A stretch of 64,000 nt of DNA from Acidobacteriota bacterium (GTDB lineage: Bacteria > Acidobacteriota > Vicinamibacteria > Vicinamibacterales > UBA2999). The notes below the pieces were generated by a model that saw only the letters and a program-made list of their open reading frames with translations, was not told the origin of the DNA and did no database searches. How positions within the stretch are numbered: the first letter of the stretch is position 1; every line of letters begins with the position of its first letter. The stretch is taken from NCBI GenBank assembly GCA_021730945.1, contig JAKFYH010000035.1:7722-71721 (forward strand), in the 5' to 3' direction. The position numbers and the translations under genes are program-made. This document shows positions 59,355 to 64,000 of the stretch, one piece after another.

Positions 59355-60241
59355 CCGGCCTTGCTCCAATAGCGCGCGAGCCCCTGCCAGAGCTGGTCGA
59401 AGGGGGCCGCCAGTTCCGTGGCCCGAGCCTCGTGCTCGGGCATGGCCTTGCGGGTTTCGCGGCGCATCTGCTCGACAAATACGCGGGTGCGCTCGTCGTC
59501 GGTGCTGCCGGCCACGAGGGACTGGCGCACGGCCTCAGCCTGATTCGTCAGCACCTCACGAAATCGCGCCAGGTGCGCCTTGGCTCCGGTCACCGCGCCG
59601 AAGTGGGTCAGGAAAAGTGAGACCGGCTGCCAGGCCTCGATCGCGTCCAGGCTCCCGCGCCAGGCCGGCAGGTCGATGTCGGGCGGCGGTGTTGGCGCAA
59701 TCAGGAAATCGCCGCTCACCCGGATGCCGGCGGTATCGCCGACATAGGCGGCGCCGGTCGTCTCGTCCAGGTAGCTCACATGATGCTTGGCGTGACCGGG
59801 CGTGTAGGCCACGCTCAATGTCGTGCCGGCCGCGGCGACCCGCTCGCCGCCTTGCAACGCCTGCACGTTCTCTTTGGGCACCGGCAGAAACGCCCCCCAC
59901 AGCGCATCCATCTGATCGCCGTAGAGCCGCGTGGCGCTTGCCAGCAGCCGGGCCGGGTCGACCAGGTGCGGCGCGCCGCGCTCGTGCACGAAGACGCGAA
60001 TCGCCGGCACGCGTTCAACAATCGTCCCGGCGGCGCCGGCGTGATCCAGGTGGATGTGGGTCACGAGCAGGGTCCGCACATCTCGCAGCGTCAGGCCGCG
60101 CTGCCGCAGGCCGTCCTCGAGCGCCGGCAGGCACGAGGTGGGACCCGGGTCGACCAGCGTCACGCCGTCGGGTCCCGCGAGCACGGCGGTGGCAATCACT
60201 CGATCGCTGCCGCGAAAATTGAGATCGATGTAGTCGGTCAT
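59351..60241 (-). CDS. MBL-fold metallo-hydrolase
   Basis: THIHLDHAG (HxHxDH), later TPGHAKHH. Start trimmed to MTDYIDLNF (ATG 60241), an ATGA overlap with the upstream cupin gene. Confidence 0.85.
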   Translation of the reverse strand: MTDYIDLNFRGSDRVIATAVLAGPDGVTLVDPGPTSCLPALEDGLRQRGLTLRDVRTLLVTHIHLDHAGAAGTIVERVPAIRVFVHERGAPHLVDPARLLASATRLYGDQMDALWGAFLPVPKENVQALQGGERVAAAGTTLSVAYTPGHAKHHVSYLDETTGAAYVGDTAGIRVSGDFLIAPTPPPDIDLPAWRGSLDAIEAWQPVSLFLTHFGAVTGAKAHLARFREVLTNQAEAVRQSLVAGSTDDERTRVFVEQMRRETRKAMPEHEARATELAAPFDQLWQGLARYWSKAG

Positions 60242-60819
60242 TCGTGGAACGACAGCGACTTCATGGTTTCCGCGTAACGGCCATCTGGCGTCGCTGGCAG
60301 GAAGACCTTGCAGTCGTCCAGGTCCCCGCCGTAGACGTGCAGCGTGATTGACGCTGCCGACGGCCTGGCGTTGGCCAGCACGTGATGGTCGGTCGGGGGA
60401 ATCAAGCACCCGGCCGATCCGGTGCCGGCGAGCAGGTTGCCGATCGGCGTGACACGGAAGTAGCCATCGCCATCCGGCTCGACCCGGTACTGGGTCACGG
60501 CAATCTCGCCGTCGACCACCCCCTCGACACACCACAGGCCGCCGTGGTCGTGTACGGGCGTGCCCTGGCCCGGGCCCCAGGTCATGACGATGGCGCTGTA
60601 GCGGCCGCCGGGATCGCGATGCAGCAAGCGCCTGGCATATCCGTCCGGGCGCGGCGCCATGAACTGCGCCGGCAGGGTCAGTCGGCGCGCGGAGAGCAGG
60701 TGCTCGAGGTCGGCCTTGACCGCGGCCGTGACGGCCACGGCGCCGCCGGCCTCAACCGCTCGATCGAGGCGGGAAATCAGTTCAGCAAGTCCGGGACAAT
60801 CGGTAGGCACAAAGGCCAT
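60238..60819 (-). CDS. cysteine-dioxygenase-type-I-like cupin protein
   Basis: YARRLLHRDPGGRYSAIVMTWGPGQGTPVHDHGGLWCVEGV...ITLHVYG matches the bacterial CDO-like cupin pattern, from memory. Confidence 0.75.
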   Translation of the reverse strand: MAFVPTDCPGLAELISRLDRAVEAGGAVAVTAAVKADLEHLLSARRLTLPAQFMAPRPDGYARRLLHRDPGGRYSAIVMTWGPGQGTPVHDHGGLWCVEGVVDGEIAVTQYRVEPDGDGYFRVTPIGNLLAGTGSAGCLIPPTDHHVLANARPSAASITLHVYGGDLDDCKVFLPATPDGRYAETMKSLSFHE

Positions 60820-60858
60820 TCTACCGCCTCGGGCCGTAGTGGAGCTCCGGGCGAAACT

Positions 60859-61593
60859 TCAGCGCTGGTTGATGACGAGTTCCGGCGGACCGGTAAGGCC
60901 GAGGTTGGCCCGCAAGACGCGATTGCCGCCGCCGGCGCGGGCCTCGCGCAAGGCGTGACGCGCGGCTTTGATCAGGTCCAGTTCTTCCCACGCCGACTCG
61001 CGCTGGGGAACGGCGGTGGACGTGGCCACCGATACCGTGAGGAAGCCCTCGGGCGACTCGCTGGCCCCGGGCAAATTCAGGTCGCGGATCGCGGATCGCA
61101 CTTGCTCGGAGATCTTGAACGAACCGGGGCCGTCGGTCGAGGCCAGCACCAGCGCAAACTCGTCGCGGTGGTAGCGCGCCACCAGGTCCCCGGGCCGGCC
61201 GACCAGGCTGGCCAGGCACCGCCCCACCTGCTTGAGCACGTCGTCGCCGGCCTTGCGGCCGAACTGGCGGTTGTAGGCGCGGAAGTGATCGATGTCGATG
61301 AAGATGAGCGACAGCGGCAGGCCGTCGCGCCGCGCCCGCCTCCACTCGCGTTCGAGAAACTCGAGAAACTGTTCGTGGTTGGAGACGGCGGTCAGCGGGT
61401 CTTCCGTGCTGAGCCGCTGGAGCTGGAGCCGGGCCGACTCGAGTTCAGTGGTACGCAGTTCAAGCGTCTTCTCCAACTCGGAGCGAAGAACCGCCAGCCG
61501 GCGCCTGCTTACGTAGGCCCAGACGCTGAAAGTCAGGAGTGCTCCGATGAGCGCGGCGGCAATCCCCCACTCAATCTCCACTGGTCCCTCCAC
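60859..61593 (-). CDS. membrane-anchored GGDEF-domain protein with degenerate active site (HRDEF) and intact RxxD I-site
   Basis: One TM helix and a coiled coil, then a GGDEF fold (LIFIDIDHFRAYN...GDDVLKQV...GRPGDLVARYHRDEFALVL). GG is replaced by HR. RPGD lies 5 residues upstream. Confidence 0.85.
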   Translation of the reverse strand: MEGPVEIEWGIAAALIGALLTFSVWAYVSRRRLAVLRSELEKTLELRTTELESARLQLQRLSTEDPLTAVSNHEQFLEFLEREWRRARRDGLPLSLIFIDIDHFRAYNRQFGRKAGDDVLKQVGRCLASLVGRPGDLVARYHRDEFALVLASTDGPGSFKISEQVRSAIRDLNLPGASESPEGFLTVSVATSTAVPQRESAWEELDLIKAARHALREARAGGGNRVLRANLGLTGPPELVINQR

Positions 61594-61706
61594 TCATGTA
61601 CATTCGCTTCAGGGTCAGCGCATTCTACCTCGGCCACCCAAGATCACCGGGTATGATCCGGATTCGAGTGCCTGACCGTCTCGTTTCTGCATAGGAGTGC
61701 CCGTCG

Positions 61707-63737
61707 ATGACCCGTTCAATTGCCTTTGCCGTCTGCCTGGGGTTGATTGCCGGTTGTGCCACGCCGCCGCCTGCGGCCGCCCCGGCCATTTCGGGACTGA
61801 GCCTGTCCTCGTTCGATCAGTCGGTCCGCCCACAGGACGACCTGTTCCAGCACGTCAACGGCGGGTGGCTGAAGGCGACCGACATTCCGGCGGATAAGGC
61901 TTCCTACGGTGCCTTCGACCTGCTGTTCGACAAGGCCCAGGTAGACCTCAGGACCATCGTCGAAGAAGCCGCGAAGTCGACCACCAGCACGCCGGGGTCA
62001 GAATCCCAGAAGATCGGCGACTTCTACGCCAGTTTCATGGACGAGGCCCGCGTCGAAAGCCTCGGGCTCGAGCCGTTGCAGGACGAACTGGCGGCTATTG
62101 ATGCCATTGCGACCAAGACCGACCTGGCTCGCCACTTTGCGCAGTTTTTCAAGCTCAACTTAATCAACCCGCTCGTTGGCTATGTGGAAGGCGACGCCAA
62201 GGACCCGTCGCAGGAAATCCTCTACGTGTATCAGGGCGGCCTCGGGCTGCCCGACCGCGACTACTACCTGAAGGACGATGCCAAGTTGAAGGGCTACCGG
62301 GAGAAGTATGTCGCCTTCCTGCAGACCATGCTGGCGATGGCCGGCGACCAGGCGGCCAGCAAGTCGGCCCGCGAAGTGTTCCTGCTCGAAACCCGGCTGG
62401 CGCGCGGCCATTGGACCAACGTCGAGAACCGCGATTCGGTGAAGACCTACAACAAGGTCGCGACCGCCAACCTGGCGAAACAGTTCCCGGGCTTCGACTG
62501 GACGGCCTGGACCACCGAACTGGGCGTGAACGCCGTGCCGTCCCTGGTCGTGTCGCAACCGAGTTATTTGAAGGCGCTGGCCGCGGCGGTCAACGACCTG
62601 CCGGTCGATGCCTGGAAGCCATACCTCAAAGCGTCGCTCCTGAACGGCTTTGCTCCGTACCTCAACCGGGCGCTGGTCGATGCGGAGTTCGGCTTCTATC
62701 GCACCACCTTGCGCGGGGTGAGCGAGCAACAGCCACGCTGGAAGCGCGGCGTTAACACCCTTAACGGCAACCTGGGCGAGATGCTGGGCAAGCTCTACGT
62801 CGAGCGGCACTTCAAGCCGGAGGCCAAGGCGCGCATGGAGACGCTGGTCGAGAACCTGCGGGCGTCATACAAGAGCAGCATCGACGGTCTTGAGTGGATG
62901 GGTGCGGAAACCAAGCAGCGGGCGCAGGAGAAGCTGGCGAAATTCCGGCCGAAGATCGGCTACCCCAACAAGTGGCGTGACTACTCGAAGCTCGAGATCA
63001 AGAGCGACGACCTGGTGGGCAACATGCAGCGCGCGTTTCTCACCGAGAACGCGTTCCAACTGGGTAAGGCCGGCAAGCCCATCGATCCCGAGGATTGGGG
63101 CATGACGCCGCAGACCATCAACGCGTACTACAACCCCATTCGCAACGAGATCGTCTTCCCCGCCGCCATCTTGCAGCCGCCCTTCTTTAATCTCGAGGCG
63201 GACGATGCGGCGAACTACGGCGGAATCGGCGCCATCATCGGCCACGAGATGGGCCACGGGTTCGACGACCAGGGCCGCCAGTTCGACGCGGCCGGCGTCT
63301 TGCGCGACTGGTGGACCAAGCAGGACGGCGACGAATACCAGAAGCGGACCAAGGTGCTGGTGGAACAGTTCAACCAGTTCGAGCCCCTGCCCGGCCTGCA
63401 CGTGAACGGCGAACTGACGCTCGGCGAAAACATCGCCGATCTGACGGGACTGGTGATTGCCCATCGCGCCTACCAGTTGTCGCTCAAGGGCGCCCCGGCC
63501 CCGACGGTGGACGGCATCACCGCCGACCGCCGCTTCTACATGGGGTGGGCGCAGTCGTGGATGGCGAAGCAGCGCGACGAATCACTCCGCCAGCAGGTGC
63601 TGACCAACGTGCACTCGCCCGAGATGTACCGGGCCAATGGCCCGCTGCGAAACCTGCCGGAGTTCTACGCGGCCTTCGGCGTGAAGGAAGGCGACAAGCT
63701 CTTCCTGCCCGCCGAGCGGCGCGTCAAGATCTGGTAG
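61707..63737 (+). CDS. M13-family zinc metallopeptidase (PepO / endothelin-converting-enzyme-like) lipoprotein
   Basis: Lipobox LIAGC, HEMGHGFD (HExxH) and GENIADLTG (ExxxD). About 676 aa. Confidence 0.93.
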   Translation: MTRSIAFAVCLGLIAGCATPPPAAAPAISGLSLSSFDQSVRPQDDLFQHVNGGWLKATDIPADKASYGAFDLLFDKAQVDLRTIVEEAAKSTTSTPGSESQKIGDFYASFMDEARVESLGLEPLQDELAAIDAIATKTDLARHFAQFFKLNLINPLVGYVEGDAKDPSQEILYVYQGGLGLPDRDYYLKDDAKLKGYREKYVAFLQTMLAMAGDQAASKSAREVFLLETRLARGHWTNVENRDSVKTYNKVATANLAKQFPGFDWTAWTTELGVNAVPSLVVSQPSYLKALAAAVNDLPVDAWKPYLKASLLNGFAPYLNRALVDAEFGFYRTTLRGVSEQQPRWKRGVNTLNGNLGEMLGKLYVERHFKPEAKARMETLVENLRASYKSSIDGLEWMGAETKQRAQEKLAKFRPKIGYPNKWRDYSKLEIKSDDLVGNMQRAFLTENAFQLGKAGKPIDPEDWGMTPQTINAYYNPIRNEIVFPAAILQPPFFNLEADDAANYGGIGAIIGHEMGHGFDDQGRQFDAAGVLRDWWTKQDGDEYQKRTKVLVEQFNQFEPLPGLHVNGELTLGENIADLTGLVIAHRAYQLSLKGAPAPTVDGITADRRFYMGWAQSWMAKQRDESLRQQVLTNVHSPEMYRANGPLRNLPEFYAAFGVKEGDKLFLPAERRVKIW

Positions 63738-63782
63738 CGGCCGGCGCGGATCGACCAACTGCTTGCGGCCGCCATCACCACC

Positions 63783-63968
63783 ATGGACGACACCCACCTG
63801 GTGACCTGCCCGTACTGCGGCGAAGAGGTCGAGATCTACATCGAGCTCGACGTGCGCGGCAGCTACGTGCAGGACTGCGAGGTGTGCTGCAACCCGTGGA
63901 CGGTCCGCGTGTCGCGTGACGACGGCGAGACCTATGTAGAGGTAAGCAAGGCCGACGGCTCCGAGTAG
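63783..63968 (+). CDS. CPXCG-motif cysteine-rich small protein
   Basis: 61 aa with CPYCG near the N-terminus and CEVCCNPW. Confidence 0.8.
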   Translation: MDDTHLVTCPYCGEEVEIYIELDVRGSYVQDCEVCCNPWTVRVSRDDGETYVEVSKADGSE

Positions 63969-64000
63969 CCGCGGCCGCGGTCAGCGGCGAAACACCGCGA

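Overview
The window is 64 kb of a high-GC bacterial chromosome, tightly packed with core and housekeeping genes. I found no transposase, integrase, phage, CRISPR, rRNA or tRNA genes. By eye the gene content fits an Acidobacteria-, Gemmatimonadetes- or delta-proteobacteria-like lineage, but that cannot be settled without a database search.

Gene layout:
- **1-13131, minus strand:** one long co-directional string, trmD-rimM-KH-rpsP-ffh / ribBA-ribE-ribD-ftsY / gpsA-plsY-thpR-cinA-pgpA-RDD-TPR. Many junctions are 4-nt ATGA or GTGA start/stop overlaps.
- **13238-22219:** ftcD, a sigma54 two-component pair (NtrY/NtrX-like) with nrdR, purC plus a small Fis-like HTH, and a GT-C membrane protein.
- **22213-25614:** groES-groEL behind a sigma70-like promoter and CIRCE operator, followed by two tandem paralogous secreted proteins of unknown family.
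- **25784-41504:** prfC, tonB-like, tatA (missed by the ORF track), selB, rnr, glycerate 2-kinase, ftsEX, a large membrane protein with a DUF3108-like C-terminus, gatB and pckA.
- **41656-49689:** an ECF sigma / anti-sigma pair followed by Spy/CpxP-like, TolC, MFP and RND efflux genes.
- **49649-63968:** folK, a DksA/TraR-like gene, tesA-ybbA-ybbP-like genes, a PP2C phosphatase divergent from a 985-aa TPR sigma54 activator, PilZ, an MBL hydrolase with a CDO-like cupin, a degenerate GGDEF protein, an M13 peptidase and a CPXCG protein.

I see no obvious defence or mobile system. The most unusual items are:
1. The tandem secreted paralogues after groESL.
2. A GTAAACGC-N15-CGTA motif shared upstream of the ECF sigma gene and of the efflux operon.
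3. An 8-nt-periodic GTGATTTG-type repeat family at two loci, one forming a 28-bp-stem palindrome.
4. A glycerate kinase whose conserved N-terminus lies upstream of any canonical start codon.
5. A c-di-GMP-related neighbourhood: PilZ plus an HRDEF-degenerate GGDEF protein with an intact I-site.

All family assignments come from motif recognition by eye. No searches were run.
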